From contig CAVURN010000003.1 in assembly GCA_963743915.1 (NCBI GenBank), positions 384,001-448,000 of the forward strand: 64,000 nt of DNA. Reading direction: 5' to 3'. A program made the position numbers and the translations under genes. Below, piece by piece: positions 19,962 through 35,080 of the stretch. The number at the start of each line of letters is the position of its first letter. Position 1 is the stretch's first letter. A model generated the notes under the pieces. The model did not search any database, was not told the origin of the DNA, and was given only the letters and a program-made list of their open reading frames with translations. Source of the DNA: an uncultured Actinomycetota bacterium (lineage in GTDB: Bacteria; Actinomycetota; Actinomycetes; JAHEKZ01).

Positions 19962-21391
19962 GTGGACGCGCTAGAGCTCGCTCGGTGGCAATTCGCGATC
20001 ACCACCGTCTACCACTTCCTGATGGTGCCGATCACGCTCGGACTCTCCATGCTGGTCGCCGGTCTACACACGGCCTGGTACCGCACCGGCAAGGACGTCT
20101 ACCTGCGGGCGACGAAGTTCTGGGGGAAGATCTTCCTCATCAACTTCGCCATGGGCGTGGTGACGGGGATCGTGCAGGAGTTCCAGTTCGGCATGAACTG
20201 GAGCGAGTACTCGCCGGTTCGTCGGTGACATCTTCGGTGCACCGCTCGCGATGGAAGGGCTGCTCGCCTTCTTCCTGGAGTCGACCTTCCTCGGGCTGTG
20301 GATCTTCGGGTGGGACCGGCTGCCCAAGAAGGTCCACCTCGCGACGATCTGGGCCGCCGCCATCGGGACCAACATCTCGGCGTTCTTCATCCTGGCAGCC
20401 AACTCGTGGATGCAGCACCCGGTCGGCTACGTGGTCGACGAGGGCTTCTCACCGCTGGACCCCACCGGCCGCGCCGAGCTGGTCAACATCTTCGAGGTGC
20501 TCACGCAGAAGACCGCCGTCATCACGTTCGCGCACACGATCACTGCAGCGTTCCTGACGGCAGGCTCGCTGATGCTCGGCGTCGCGCTCTGGCATCTCGT
20601 GCGGCAGCGCCACCTCGACGGTGATGCGTCCGTCGATGAAGCTGGGCGCGTGGACGATCATCATCGGGTTCGTCGGGGTCGCGCTCACGGGTCACTTCCA
20701 GGCGCAGATCATGACCGAGCAGCAGCCGATGAAGATGGCCGCTGCCGAGGCGATCTACGAGACCGGCGAGAGCGTCAGCTTCTCGATCTTCAGCATCGGG
20801 ACGCTCGACGGCTCCGAGGAGACCTTCCGCATCGGCATCCCCGGCCTCGCATCGTTCCTGGCCACCGACTCCTTCAGCGGCGAGGTGGAGGGGATCAACG
20901 ACATCCAGGCGCAGCTCGAGGAGCAGTTCGGCCCCGCGGACTACAGCCCGAACATCCCGATCGCCTACTGGTCCTTCCGGTTCATGATCGGCTGGGGTGC
21001 CCTGGCGGCGCTGGTAGCCGCCGCAGCGCTCTACCTGTTCCGCGGTGGTCGCAACCCCACGGCACGCTGGATCGGGACGATCGGAGTCCTGACCATCTTC
21101 ATGCCGCTGCTGGCCAACAGCTTCGGGTGGATCTTCACCGAGATGGGCCGGCAGCCGTGGGTGGTCTACGGCTTGCAGCTGACGGCGAACGGTGTGTCGA
21201 TCGCGACGAGTCCGGCCGAGGTCTGGACGTCGATGATCGTGCTGACGCTGCTCTACGGCGCACTCGCCGTCGTCGAGGTCGCGCTGCTCGTGAAGTACAT
21301 CAAGCTCGGTCCCCCGGAGATCACGAGCGCCGACGCCGATCAGGCGTACGACGACCGCGACTCCGACAAGCCCCTGACGTTCGCGTACTGA
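19962..21391 (+). CDS. cydA: Cytochrome bd ubiquinol oxidase subunit I (frameshifts near 20215 and 20620)
   Basis: ARWQFAITTVYHF, QEFQFGMNW, EGLLAFFLES, ANSWMQHP, QPMKMAAAE, TEMGRQPW. Confidence 0.96.
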
Positions 21392-21400
21392 GGAGCTGAC

Positions 21401-22429
21401 ATGGAACTCACGGACGTCTGGTTCTTGCTGATCGCGGTCCTCTGGATCGGCTACTTCTTCCTCGAGGGCTTCGACTTCGGGGTCGGCGTGCTGCTGCCGG
21501 TGATCGGGCGCTCCGAGGAGGAGCGCCGGGTGATGATCAACACCATCGGCCCGGTCTGGGACGGCAATGAGGTGTGGCTGCTCGTCGCGGGTGGCGCGAC
21601 CTTCGCGGCGTTCCCCGAGTGGTACGCCACGTTGTTCAGCGGGTTCTACCTGCCGCTGCTGCTGATCCTGGTGGCGCTGATCATCCGCGGCGTCGCCTTC
21701 GAGTACCGCGGCAAGCAGGACTCCGCCACCTGGCGCGCGCGATGGGACGTCGCCATCTTCGTCGGTTCCCTGGTGCCCGCGATCCTCTGGGGCGTGGCGT
21801 TCGCCAACATCGTCCGCGGCGTCCCGATCGACGCGACGGGCACCTACACCGGTGGCTTCTTCAACCTGCTCAACCCGTACGCACTGCTGGGCGGGGTCGT
21901 GACGCTCGGCCTGTTCACCACCCACGGCGCCACGTTCCTGGCGCTCAAGACGCTCGGAACGGTGCGCGAGAAGGCTCACGCGATGGTCGGCCGGGTCGGC
22001 CTGATCACTGCGGTGGCGGCAGTGCTGTTCCTCGGCTGGACGCTGATCGACCAGGGCGAGACCGGTACCTGGATCACGTCGATCCTGGCCGCCGCCTCGC
22101 TGCTCGCGGCCCTGGCCCTCGACCGCACGCGGCGCGAGGGATGGGCATTCCTCTTCACCGGGGTGACGATCGCGCTGGCCGTCATCACGCTCTTCATGAC
22201 GCTCTACCCGAACGTGATGCCGAGCTCGACGGACCCGGCGTACAACCTCACCATCGAGAACGCCTCGTCGTCCCCGTACACGCTCAAGGTGATGACGTGG
22301 GTGGCCGTGGTGATGACGCCGATCGTGCTCGTGTACCAGTCGTGGACCTTCTGGGTGTTCCGCCGCCGGATCGGCGTGGACGACCTGCCACCGGAGCCCG
22401 CGTCCGTCCGCAAGTCCGTCACCCTGTGA
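21401..22429 (+). CDS. cydB: Cytochrome bd ubiquinol oxidase subunit II
   Basis: LEGFDFGVG, PVWDGNEVWL. Confidence 0.97.
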   Translation: MELTDVWFLLIAVLWIGYFFLEGFDFGVGVLLPVIGRSEEERRVMINTIGPVWDGNEVWLLVAGGATFAAFPEWYATLFSGFYLPLLLILVALIIRGVAFEYRGKQDSATWRARWDVAIFVGSLVPAILWGVAFANIVRGVPIDATGTYTGGFFNLLNPYALLGGVVTLGLFTTHGATFLALKTLGTVREKAHAMVGRVGLITAVAAVLFLGWTLIDQGETGTWITSILAAASLLAALALDRTRREGWAFLFTGVTIALAVITLFMTLYPNVMPSSTDPAYNLTIENASSSPYTLKVMTWVAVVMTPIVLVYQSWTFWVFRRRIGVDDLPPEPASVRKSVTL

Positions 22430-22495
22430 CTCCCGGTCGGCCGCTTCCGGCAGCGCCGACTGACAGTGCCGGCTGACAGGGCAGACTGACGCCTC

Positions 22496-24131
22496 GTGCG
22501 CCCCTTCGACCCCCGGCTGCTCCGCTATGCCCGGGCCACCCGACCGCTGCTGGTCGCCCTGGGTGCCCTCGCGGTCGTGCACGTGTCGCTCGCGGTCGCC
22601 ACCGCAGCACTCGTCGCTGAGGTCGTCACGGCGGTGTTCCAGGACGGCGCGTCGCTGGCCGACGAGTCCACCGCGCTGCTGGCCCTCGGCCTGATCGTCC
22701 TGCTTCGACCGGTCGCGACGTACCTGCAGGAGCTCGCCGCGTCCCGCACGAGCGCCCGGGTCAAGCGAGACCTGTCCGACCACGTCGTCGACCACGTCGC
22801 AGCCCTGGGTCCGCGCTGGCTGGTCGGCGCACGGCGGTCGCGGCTGCTGGTGCTGCTCGGGGAAGGGCTCGACGCACTCGACGAGTACTTCGCGCGGTAC
22901 CTGCCGCAGCTGGTGTCGAGCCTGGTGATCCCACTGGTCGTCGTGGTGGCCGTGGGGTCGGCGGACCTGCTCAGCGCCGTCGTCATCGCCGTCACGCTGC
23001 CGCTCATCCCGGTGTTCATGGTGCTGATCGGGTGGCGGACGCAGGCCGAGCAGCGCAAGCAGTGGGACGCCCTGCAGACCCTCAGCAACCACTTCCTCGA
23101 CGTGCTCCGCGGGCTGGTGACGTTGAAGGTCTTCGGACGCGCCGAGGGCCAGGGGCGCGCCATCGCCGAGGTGAACGACCGCTACCGCCGCCGCACGATG
23201 CGGGTGCTGCGCATCTCGTTCCTGTCGTCGTTCACACTCGAGCTGCTGGCCACCCTGTCGGTGGCGGTCGTCGCGGTCGAGATCGGGCTGCGGCTCGTCG
23301 AGGGCAGCGTCGGGCTGCAGACGGCGCTGTTCGTTCTCGTGCTCGCGCCGGAGGCGTACCTGCCGCTGCGGCAGGTGGGGGTGCACTACCACGCGAGCCA
23401 GGCGGGGCTGGCCGCCGCCGAAGAGGCCTTCGCGATCCTCGAGACGCCGCTGTCACCCATCGGGCCGTCAGAAGATGTGGACCTGTCCCTGACCGGACTC
23501 GAGCTCGACGACGTGCGCGTCCGTCATCCGGGACGCGTGCATGACTCGCTGCACACGGCGTTCCGGGTGCTTCCGGGCGAGACCGTCGCCCTGATGGGGC
23601 CCAGCGGCGGGGGCAAGTCCACAGCGCTCGGAGTGGCGCTTGGCGTGGTGGCGCCGGACGCGGGCGAGGTGCGGGCGGGGACGGTGTCCGACCCCGCCGC
23701 CTGGCGCACGCAGGTGGGGTGGCTTCCGCAGCATCCAGGATTCGTCCGCGGAACCATCGCGGACAACGTCCGGGTGGTGGCGCCGCAGGCGTCCGACGAC
23801 GAGGTGCTCGATGCCCTGCGACTGGCCGGTGCCGACTTCGTGGAGTCCCTGCCCGACGGCATCCACACCGTGCTCGGTGAGCGTGGCTCCGGGTTGTCCG
23901 TGGGTCAGCGGCAGCGCATCGCCCTTGCCCGCGTCATCGTCCGGAAGACTCGAGTGCTGATGCTGGACGAGCCCACGGCGGGCCTCGACGGCGTCACCGA
24001 GCGCGCGGTGGTGCAGACGATCGATGACCTCTCGCGCGGACGCACGGTGCTGCTCGTCGCCCATCGTCCCGCGCTGGCGGCGACAGCCGACCGCACGGTC
24101 GTCGTCCTGCCGCCGCAGGGTGGTGACGGCG

Positions 24132-24139
<8 letters not shown>
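22496..24139 (+). CDS. cydD: Thiol-reductant/heme ABC exporter subunit CydD
   Basis: YFARYLPQL, LAPEAYLPLR..G..YHAS, Walker A GPSGGGKST, LSVGQRQR. Confidence 0.93.
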
Positions 24140-28288
<4,149 letters not shown>

Positions 28289-28489
28289 CGGTCTCCTTGC
28301 GCTGGTCCATCTGGGGGGCAGTCTGCCGTGCCATGGAGGGGTCGGACCAGGCGCCCGTATCATCGTCGCTGATCAAAGGCGGGTTCACCCAGATGACCTA
28401 GTCATGTTGGGTGGTCCGCGGTTCACCATGGGACGATCGAGGCCGATGCTCCAAGTGCAAGACACCTGAGGGAGGAGGGTCCGCAGGCC

Positions 28490-29418
28490 ATGGCGAAACA
28501 CGCACGTGCCTTCGTGAGTGCGGCGGGCCCGGAGACGGCCGGTCGGGCCGCCCTCGCGGTGATCCTGGCCGGCGGCCTGGTCACGGGTGGCCTGACCACC
28601 ATGGCGGTCATGGCCAGTCGCACGCTGGACGCCGCCCCAGGGCCGGTGGCGGGCGCCCCTCCCGCGGGCATTCCCTTCGAACCCGGCCCGCTCGTGGTGG
28701 GGCCCGGCCCGGAGACGTCCGAGCCGAGCGACCAGGGCACGCAGGGACCGACGGACGGCGCCACAGAAGGCCCCGGCGTCGGACCCGGCGTCGAGCCCGG
28801 CGGGCAGCCGACCGAGCCGATCGGCCCCACTCGCGCCGACCGGACCGACGGAGCCGACCGGGCCGACGGGACCGACCGAGCCGACGGGACCGACCGAGCC
28901 GACGCAGCCCACTGAGCCGACAGGCCGACGCAGCCGACGCAGCCCACCAATCCAGGACCCACCCGCCCTGAGCCCACCCGCCCTGAGCCCACCCGCCCGA
29001 CGCCCAAGCCGACGAAGGACCACCCCAACAACGGTGGGGGGAACAACGACGGCACCGGGAACAACGGCGGTGGCAACAACACCGGGGGCGGTCATCCCGG
29101 CGGGGGCGACTCCGATGGGCCGCACAACCCGGACAAGGGTCACGGGAACAACGGCAACGGTCACGGCAAGCCGGACCACCCCGGCAACGGCGAACGGGCA
29201 CGGCAAGCCGGACAAGCCCGGGAACGGCAACGGCAACGGGCACGGCAAGCCGGACCAGCCGGGGAGCAACGGCAACGGCAACGGTCACGGCAAGCCGGAC
29301 AAGCCCGAGTCGGGCAAGCAACGGCAACGGCCAGGGAAACGGCAATGCCAACGGTCACGGCAAGCCGGACCAGCCGGGGAGCAACGGCAACGGGCACGGC
29401 AAGTCCAAGCGCCGCTGA
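28490..29418 (+). CDS. Membrane-anchored/secreted low-complexity protein with PT(E/G/Q) and GHGKPD/GN repeats (several frameshifts)
   Basis: RBS GGAGGAG, N-terminal hydrophobic helix, codon-phased repeats, ends GHGKSKRR*. Confidence 0.7.
28808..29010 (+). repeat. Coding tandem repeats: 9-bp units (CCGACNGAG/GGG/CAG) and 15-bp CCCACCCGCCCTGAG units
   Basis: Directly visible; encode PTE/PTG/PTQ and PTRPE. Confidence 0.85.
29130..29403 (+). repeat. Coding imperfect repeats of AACGG(T/G)CACGGCAAGCCGGAC separated by (AACGGC)n
   Basis: Five CACGGCAAGCCGGAC copies plus a final CACGGCAAG; encode NGHGKPD. Confidence 0.85.
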
Positions 29419-29564
29419 CAGCCGCGCGTCCGAAACACCCACCCGGGTGTTCCCCTCCACCCCCCGGTGGCCCGAAGATGGACCCACACCGGACACCCCG
29501 GTACCCGACGTCGTGCGTCCACGCTCAGCAGCGATCCTGCTTCGTGGTCGTGTGAGGAGGCCGT

Positions 29565-30668
29565 GTGGCAATCCCTGCCCATCCACCGGACGACACGTTC
29601 GTCCAGCTGCTCACCCCTGAGGGTGAACGCCGAGAGAACCCCGACTTCCCGCTGACGCTCGACGACGACGGGATCCGCGGCCTCTACCGCGACCTGGTGC
29701 TCGTGCGACGCATCGACGCCGAGGCGACCGCGCTGCAGCGCCAGGGTGAGCTCGGGCTGTGGGCCCAGCTGCTCGGTCAGGAGGCCGCACAGGTCGGCGC
29801 CGGCCGCGCACTCCGCCCCGGGGACATGGCGTTCCCCACCTACCGGGAGCACGGCGTCGCGTGGTGCCGCGACGTCGACCCGCTCACGCTGCTCGGTCTC
29901 TTCCGCGGCACCACGAACGGCGGATGGAACCCGGCCGACCACGGCTTCGCGCTCTACACCATCGTCATCGGCGACCAGTGCCCTCAGGCCGTGGGCTACG
30001 CGATGGGTGTCCAGCACGACGGGACCGAGGACGCCGTCATGGTGTTCTTCGGTGACGGAGCCAGCAGCCAGGGCGACGTCAACGAGGCGTTCATCTGGGC
30101 CAGCGTGTTCAACACCCCGGTGGTCTTCTTCTGCCAGAACAACCAGTGGGCGATCTCCGAACCGCTCGAGCGTCAGACGCGCATCCCGCTCTTCCAGCGT
30201 GCGTGGGGCTTCGGCTTCCCAGGCGTCCGGGTCGACGGCAACGACGTCCTCGCCTGCCTGGCGGTGAGCCAGGCGATGTTGCAGCGCGCCAGAGAAGGCG
30301 CCGGTCCCTCGCTGATCGAGGCGTTCACGTACCGCATGGGCGCCCACACGACCTCCGACGACCCGACGCGGTACCGGCTCGACTCCGACGTCGAGGCGTG
30401 GCGGCTGCGCGACCCGTTGGAGCGCGTGCGTTCCTACCTGCACAAGCAGCAGCTGGTCGACGAGTCGTTCTTCACCGAGCTGGACGCCGAGGCCGAGGCG
30501 CTGGCCATCCGGCTGCGCGACGGCGTCCGCGCACTCCCGGACCCGGAACCGGCGGACATGTTCACGCACGCGTACGCGGAGCCGAACTCGCTGATCGAGC
30601 GTCAGCGGGACCAGCTCACCGAGTACCTGGCCTCGTTCGCACCCGAGCCGGCCGTCGGGGAGGCGTGA
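29565..30668 (+). CDS. pdhA: 2-oxoacid (pyruvate/branched-chain) dehydrogenase E1 alpha
   Basis: GQEAAQVG, GDGASSQG...QNNQWAIS TPP motif, HTTSDDPTRYR. Confidence 0.95.
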   Translation: MAIPAHPPDDTFVQLLTPEGERRENPDFPLTLDDDGIRGLYRDLVLVRRIDAEATALQRQGELGLWAQLLGQEAAQVGAGRALRPGDMAFPTYREHGVAWCRDVDPLTLLGLFRGTTNGGWNPADHGFALYTIVIGDQCPQAVGYAMGVQHDGTEDAVMVFFGDGASSQGDVNEAFIWASVFNTPVVFFCQNNQWAISEPLERQTRIPLFQRAWGFGFPGVRVDGNDVLACLAVSQAMLQRAREGAGPSLIEAFTYRMGAHTTSDDPTRYRLDSDVEAWRLRDPLERVRSYLHKQQLVDESFFTELDAEAEALAIRLRDGVRALPDPEPADMFTHAYAEPNSLIERQRDQLTEYLASFAPEPAVGEA

Positions 30669-31642
30669 TGGCCGAGACGATGACGATGGCCAAGGCCCTC
30701 AACGCCGGGCTGCGCAAGGCGTTGGAGGACGACGCCAAGACGGTCCTGATGGGTGAGGACATCGGTCGGCTCGGTGGCGTGTTCCGCGTGACCGACGGGT
30801 TGCAGAAGGACTTCGGCGAGGAACGCGTCATCGACACCCCTCTGGCCGAGTCCTCCATCCTCGGCACGGCGATCGGCATGGCGATGCGGGGGTACCGCCC
30901 CGTGGTCGAGATCCAGTTCGACGGCTTCGTCTACGTCGCGTTCGACCAGATCGTCAGCCAGCTGGCGAAGATGCACGCTCGGTCCGACGGCCAGGTGTCG
31001 ATGCCGGTCACGGTGCGCATTCCGTACGGTGGCGGCATCGGGGCGGTCGAGCACCACAGCGAGTCGCCCGAGGCCTACTTCGCCCACACGGCGGGGCTCC
31101 GTGTCGTCACGCCCTCCAACCCGGTGGACGCCTACACGCTCATCCAGCAGGCAGTCGCGTGCGACGACCCGGTGGTGTTCCTCGAGCCGAAGCGCCGGTA
31201 CTGGGACAAGGCCGAGGTCGGCGACGGACCGACGATCAGCATGAGCTCGGCGCGCGTCGTCCGCGAAGGCAGCGACGTCACCCTCGTGTCGTACGGACCG
31301 ATGGTGCGCACGTGCCTCGAGGCTGCCGCAGCCGCCGATCCGGACGGCACCAGCATCGAGGTCGTCGACCTGCGCTCGCTGGCGCCACTCGACCTGGACA
31401 CGGTGACGGCGTCGGTGCGCCGCACCGGCCGCTGCGTGGTGGCGCACGAGGCGTCGGTCTTCCTCGGAATGTCTGCCGAGGTTGCCGCAGAGGTCACCGA
31501 GCAGTGCTTCTACGACCTGGAGGCTCCCGTGCTCCGGGTCGGTGGCTACCACACGCCCTACCCGCCGTCGCGCCTCGAGCACCACTATCTGCCGGATCTC
31601 GACCGGGTGCTCGACGCCGTCGACCGCGCGCTCGCCTACTGA
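30668..31642 (+). CDS. pdhB: 2-oxoacid dehydrogenase E1 beta
   Basis: GEDIGRLGGVFR, DTPLAES, EHHSESPE. Confidence 0.95.
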   Translation: MAETMTMAKALNAGLRKALEDDAKTVLMGEDIGRLGGVFRVTDGLQKDFGEERVIDTPLAESSILGTAIGMAMRGYRPVVEIQFDGFVYVAFDQIVSQLAKMHARSDGQVSMPVTVRIPYGGGIGAVEHHSESPEAYFAHTAGLRVVTPSNPVDAYTLIQQAVACDDPVVFLEPKRRYWDKAEVGDGPTISMSSARVVREGSDVTLVSYGPMVRTCLEAAAAADPDGTSIEVVDLRSLAPLDLDTVTASVRRTGRCVVAHEASVFLGMSAEVAAEVTEQCFYDLEAPVLRVGGYHTPYPPSRLEHHYLPDLDRVLDAVDRALAY

Positions 31643-31653
31643 CGAGGAGTCGT

Positions 31654-33033
31654 ATGCCGCAGGATCTGCAGTTCTGTCTGCCGGACGTGGGCGAGGGGCT
31701 CACCGAGGGCGAGGTGCTGAAGTGGCTTGTCGCTGAGGGCGACACCGTGACGGTCAACCAGCCACTGGTCGAGGTCGAGACGGCCAAGGCCGCAGTCGAG
31801 CTGCCGTCGCCCTACGCAGGTGTCGTGGCGAGCCTGCACGCCGATGAAGGTGCGCTGCTGCCGGTAGGGGCCCCCCTGGTGACGATCCGGAGCGACTCGA
31901 CGCCGGCGAACGGGACGCCGCCGGTGGAGGTCGCCCCATCTGCAGCGGCCGACGACACCGCGGCCGACGCCAAGGACGAGGGCAGCGGCCCAGTGCTCGT
32001 GGGCTACGGCGTCACGGCGGGCTCGACCCGTCGGCGTCGGAGGGTCGCACCGCCGAGCCCGCACGGCACGCTGCGCCCGGAGGCGGGACCACCCGGCGAG
32101 CCGGTCAAGCCCGTGCGACACGGGGGCCTCGAGGTCGGACGCGCAGCGGAGGCGAAGTTCGCCGAGGCGAGAGGACCGGCGCGGGCCAAGCCGCCCGTGC
32201 GACGTCTGGCCAAACAGCTCGGGATCGACCTGGGGGCGGTCCGGGCGACGGGACCGGACGGCACGATCACGCGCGACGACGTCGAGGCGGCGGCGGCGTT
32301 GCTGGCGCCCGAGACCGCGGGCGTGTCCGCTGTCGCGCAGGGAGACCGCCGGGAGCCGGTGCGCGGGATCACCCGCACGATGGCGGCGGCGATGACCGAG
32401 AGTGCGTCGACCATCCCGGCGGTGGCCGAGTGGGTCGAGGTCGACGTCACCCGCAGCCGTGAGCTGCTCGAGCGGATGCGAGCGATGCCGCAGTTCGCCG
32501 AGGTGAGTGTCACGCCGCTGCTGCTGGTGGCGCGCGCATGCCTGGCGGCGATGCAGCAGGAGCCGCGGCTCAACGGGGTGTTCGACGCCGACGCGCAGGA
32601 GATCGTGCATCGGGCGTCGGTGAACCTCGGCATCGCCGTGGCGAGCGAGCGTGGACTGGTCGTGCCGCATGTGGCGGCCGCTGAGACGTTGACGCTGTCA
32701 GAGCTGGCCCGGTCGATCGGCGACGTGGTGCGACGGACGAGGGACGGTGAGGTGTCACCGGCCGAGCTGGTCGGTGCGACGTTCACGATCACCAACGTCG
32801 GCGTCTTCGGCGTCGACGGCGGGACGCCGATGATCGCGCCGGGTCAGTCGGCCATCCTCGCGGTCGGGGCGTGGCACGAGCGCCCGTGGGTCGACCGCGG
32901 ACAGCTGGTGGTCCGCACCACGTGCACGCTGTCGCTCTCGTTCGACCACCGCTTCATCGACGGCGCGACCGGTTCGCGGTTCCTGCGGACGGTGGCCGAC
33001 GTCCTGGAGGAGCCGGCCCTCCCCGCCCTCTGA
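31654..33033 (+). CDS. pdhC: Dihydrolipoamide acyltransferase E2
   Basis: Lipoyl domain VETAKAAVELPSP, E3-binding domain, DHRFIDG. Confidence 0.93.
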   Translation: MPQDLQFCLPDVGEGLTEGEVLKWLVAEGDTVTVNQPLVEVETAKAAVELPSPYAGVVASLHADEGALLPVGAPLVTIRSDSTPANGTPPVEVAPSAAADDTAADAKDEGSGPVLVGYGVTAGSTRRRRRVAPPSPHGTLRPEAGPPGEPVKPVRHGGLEVGRAAEAKFAEARGPARAKPPVRRLAKQLGIDLGAVRATGPDGTITRDDVEAAAALLAPETAGVSAVAQGDRREPVRGITRTMAAAMTESASTIPAVAEWVEVDVTRSRELLERMRAMPQFAEVSVTPLLLVARACLAAMQQEPRLNGVFDADAQEIVHRASVNLGIAVASERGLVVPHVAAAETLTLSELARSIGDVVRRTRDGEVSPAELVGATFTITNVGVFGVDGGTPMIAPGQSAILAVGAWHERPWVDRGQLVVRTTCTLSLSFDHRFIDGATGSRFLRTVADVLEEPALPAL

Positions 33034-33036
33034 CAG

Positions 33037-33083
33037 CCCGCCGAGTGTCCCCTTGGGTGGGGCCACAGCCGGCCGAGTGTCCG
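33037..33083. repeat. Dispersed intergenic repeat family B, copy 1 (CCCGCCGAGTGTCC-N18-CCGGCCGAGTGTCC)
   Basis: Internal direct repeat, period 32; similar to 54675-54720. Confidence 0.65.
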
Positions 33084-33085
33084 GG

Positions 33086-34159
33086 CTACCGGATGGTGAT
33101 CTTCACCGGCTTCGACTTCGAGGCGACGTAGTAAGGGGCGAGGTCGGTGGAGTACACGCGGTACTTGCCGTCGGCGTCCGCACCGGGCGTCAGGCGGAGC
33201 ACGTAGCTGCCGTCGTCCTTGATCGTCGCGTCGCAGCTGCCGCCGCCCCAGGAGCCGCCGGCCGTGCTCTGCCAGCAGATCTTCGAGCCGGCGACGAGCG
33301 ACGGGCTCCCCGACACCTGGCCGCGGAAGGTCAGTTCACGTCCAGCCCGGATGGTCGTGTCGGGTCGGACCTTGAGGGAGATCGCCGCACGGACGTCGAT
33401 GGCCACGGTCTTGGTCCAGCCGCCGATGCCGTCCGCCGGGATGTACCGGGCCCAGTACCGGCCGTTGATCCGCGGCTTGGTCTTGAACGACCACTTGCCG
33501 CCCGTGGTAGTGGTGACCTCGGAGGTCGCGGCATCCGTCTCCACGCTCTTGGGGGTGGGGTCCCGGAAGATCGTGATGGTCTTGTTCGCGAGCGGCGATC
33601 CGTTGGCTGAGGTCAGCGTGCCCGACAGCTCGATGACCTTTCCGCTGAGCACCGTCGACCGGCTCGTCGCGATCGACAGATTGAAGCCGCTCGCCATGCA
33701 CGTAGCCGATCGGGGTGTTCGCTGGCGTCGCCGTCCGGCGAGATGACGTCGCCGCCACTGTCGATGGCGTACACCGCGAAGTAGTAGTTCTTGCCCGCGC
33801 TGAGGTCCGTCGGCGATCACCTCGCGGGCACCGTCCACCGGCACCGTGCCGAGGCTGTGTAGCGCACCGTCCGGGTCCGTAGGTCGCGATTGCCTTGGGT
33901 GACGAAGCTGTCGTCGCGGTCTGCGACGACCCAGATACTCGTCGAACGTGGGGAATGTTGGGTCGATGGTGGGGCAGTCGCCCCACGTCACGACCGCCTT
34001 CTTGGCGCCGTAGTCGTCGTCGGATCCATTCGCCTTGGGCGGAGTCACGACGAGGTTGGCGGGGTTCTCGGGCGCGGCCGACGCCACTCCCGAGAGGGTG
34101 ACGACGGCACCGGTGGCCACCAGGCCGATGGCAGCGACAGCAGCAGTCAGACGCTTCAA
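33086..34159 (-). CDS. Secreted beta-sandwich protein (Fn3-like plus Ig-like domains; internal frameshifts)
   Basis: Signal peptide MKRLTAAVAA...VASA; NYYFAVYA in a shifted frame; LSGTLTSANGSPLANKTITI. Confidence 0.7.
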   Translation of the reverse strand: MKRLTAAVAAIGLVATGAVVTLSGVASAAPENPANLVVTPPKANGSDDDYGAKKAVVTWGDCPTIDPTFPTFDEYLGRRRPRRQLRHPRQSRPTDPDGALHSLGTVPVDGAREVIADGPQRGQELLLRGVRHRQWRRRHLAGRRRQRTPRSATCMASGFNLSIATSRSTVLSGKVIELSGTLTSANGSPLANKTITIFRDPTPKSVETDAATSEVTTTTGGKWSFKTKPRINGRYWARYIPADGIGGWTKTVAIDVRAAISLKVRPDTTIRAGRELTFRGQVSGSPSLVAGSKICWQSTAGGSWGGGSCDATIKDDGSYVLRLTPGADADGKYRVYSTDLAPYYVASKSKPVKITIR

Positions 34160-34216
34160 GAGGTTCCCCCCACTACGTGGACGAGCGATGTTGCCCCCAC
34201 GGTATGCGACGGGTGC

Positions 34217-35035
34217 TCAGGGCGTGACGGCCAGGGCGGATATCACCCGTTCGGCCAGGGTGGCGTCCCCCTCGATTCCGACCGGCACGGACGCCGGCGG
34301 CCGGCGTCCGCAGAAGAGCAGCTGCAGTCGCTCCAGGTCGAGGTCGAGGCTCGCGTCGGGGTCGGCGTCGTCGTCGCGGACGCCCCGGCCCTCGGCGTCG
34401 ACCCGTACGGTCACCGCCGCTCCCGGCTCCCCGGTGACGACGACGCGGACCACCGAGCCAGCCGGCGCCTCCGCCTGCTGAGCCACCACGATGGGCAGCG
34501 CCTCGAGCATCCGGCGAAGGGACGCCTCCGCCGCCGGGCCGACCATGCGCGGGGGTCGGCCGGTGGCCCGGCGGACGTCCTGCTCGTGCGCCCACACGTC
34601 GAGGGTGCGGGTGCCCATGACCCGGCTGACCGGCCCCACCATGCCTGCAGGGCCGCGCATCTCGGCGTCCGGCGTCTCGGGTGTCGACGCCAGCTGGCGG
34701 GAGCGCTCCTCGACCAGGTTCGCGAGCTCGGCCACGAGCTCCTGCGGCGGCAGCCCGCGGCGTGCCTCGACCCCCACCTCGGTGTACTGCTGGAACGGCG
34801 TCGTGACGTGCGGGAAGCGTGACCAGTCGTGGATCGACGACGGCACGGGACGCCCCGCGAGCTCGTCCTCGACGGCGACCACGTGTGCCACGTTGTCGAA
34901 GACGGTCCACACCGGCAGGTCGGTGGGAGCGGACCACTCGTCGTCGGTCAGCTCCCGCGCGAGCGCGAGCACACCGCTGACCGCGTCCAGGTACGCCTCG
35001 ACCGCATCGTCACGTGACCAGGGGGTGTCTGCCAT
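34217..35035 (-). CDS. Maleylpyruvate isomerase family mycothiol-dependent enzyme (DinB superfamily)
   Basis: W..PTDLPVWTV.D.VAH, DVWAHEQDVRRA. Confidence 0.9.
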   Translation of the reverse strand: MADTPWSRDDAVEAYLDAVSGVLALARELTDDEWSAPTDLPVWTVFDNVAHVVAVEDELAGRPVPSSIHDWSRFPHVTTPFQQYTEVGVEARRGLPPQELVAELANLVEERSRQLASTPETPDAEMRGPAGMVGPVSRVMGTRTLDVWAHEQDVRRATGRPPRMVGPAAEASLRRMLEALPIVVAQQAEAPAGSVVRVVVTGEPGAAVTVRVDAEGRGVRDDDADPDASLDLDLERLQLLFCGRRPPASVPVGIEGDATLAERVISALAVTP

Positions 35036-35080
35036 GCGGCGACGCTATCGGGGCCGCGGAGCGCATGGCAGGCTGGAGCC

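Noticed and set aside
20200-20630. Programmed frameshifting or pseudogenisation of cydA
   Set aside because: No slippery heptamer; similar indels occur throughout the window, so sequencing error is more parsimonious
22430-22495. CTGAC repeated three times at 13-nt period between cydB and cydD
   Set aside because: Too short to distinguish from chance; period does not match a helical turn
20540-23392. 950-aa minus-strand ORF and many other long antisense ORFs
   Set aside because: Shadow ORFs opposite well-supported genes, expected at this GC content; no motifs
28381-28405. Possible BldD-like box or ATGAC-N3-GTCAT palindrome
   Set aside because: Only half of the BldD consensus matches; insufficient support
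28808-29403. Repeat arrays as a possible CRISPR array
   Set aside because: Units are 9-15 bp or codon-phased imperfect repeats without unique spacers; they encode a low-complexity protein and no cas genes are present
33037-33083. Two direct repeats with a spacer as a mini-CRISPR
   Set aside because: Repeat (14-18 bp) and spacer are too short, only two units, and the spacer is itself conserved in the second copy
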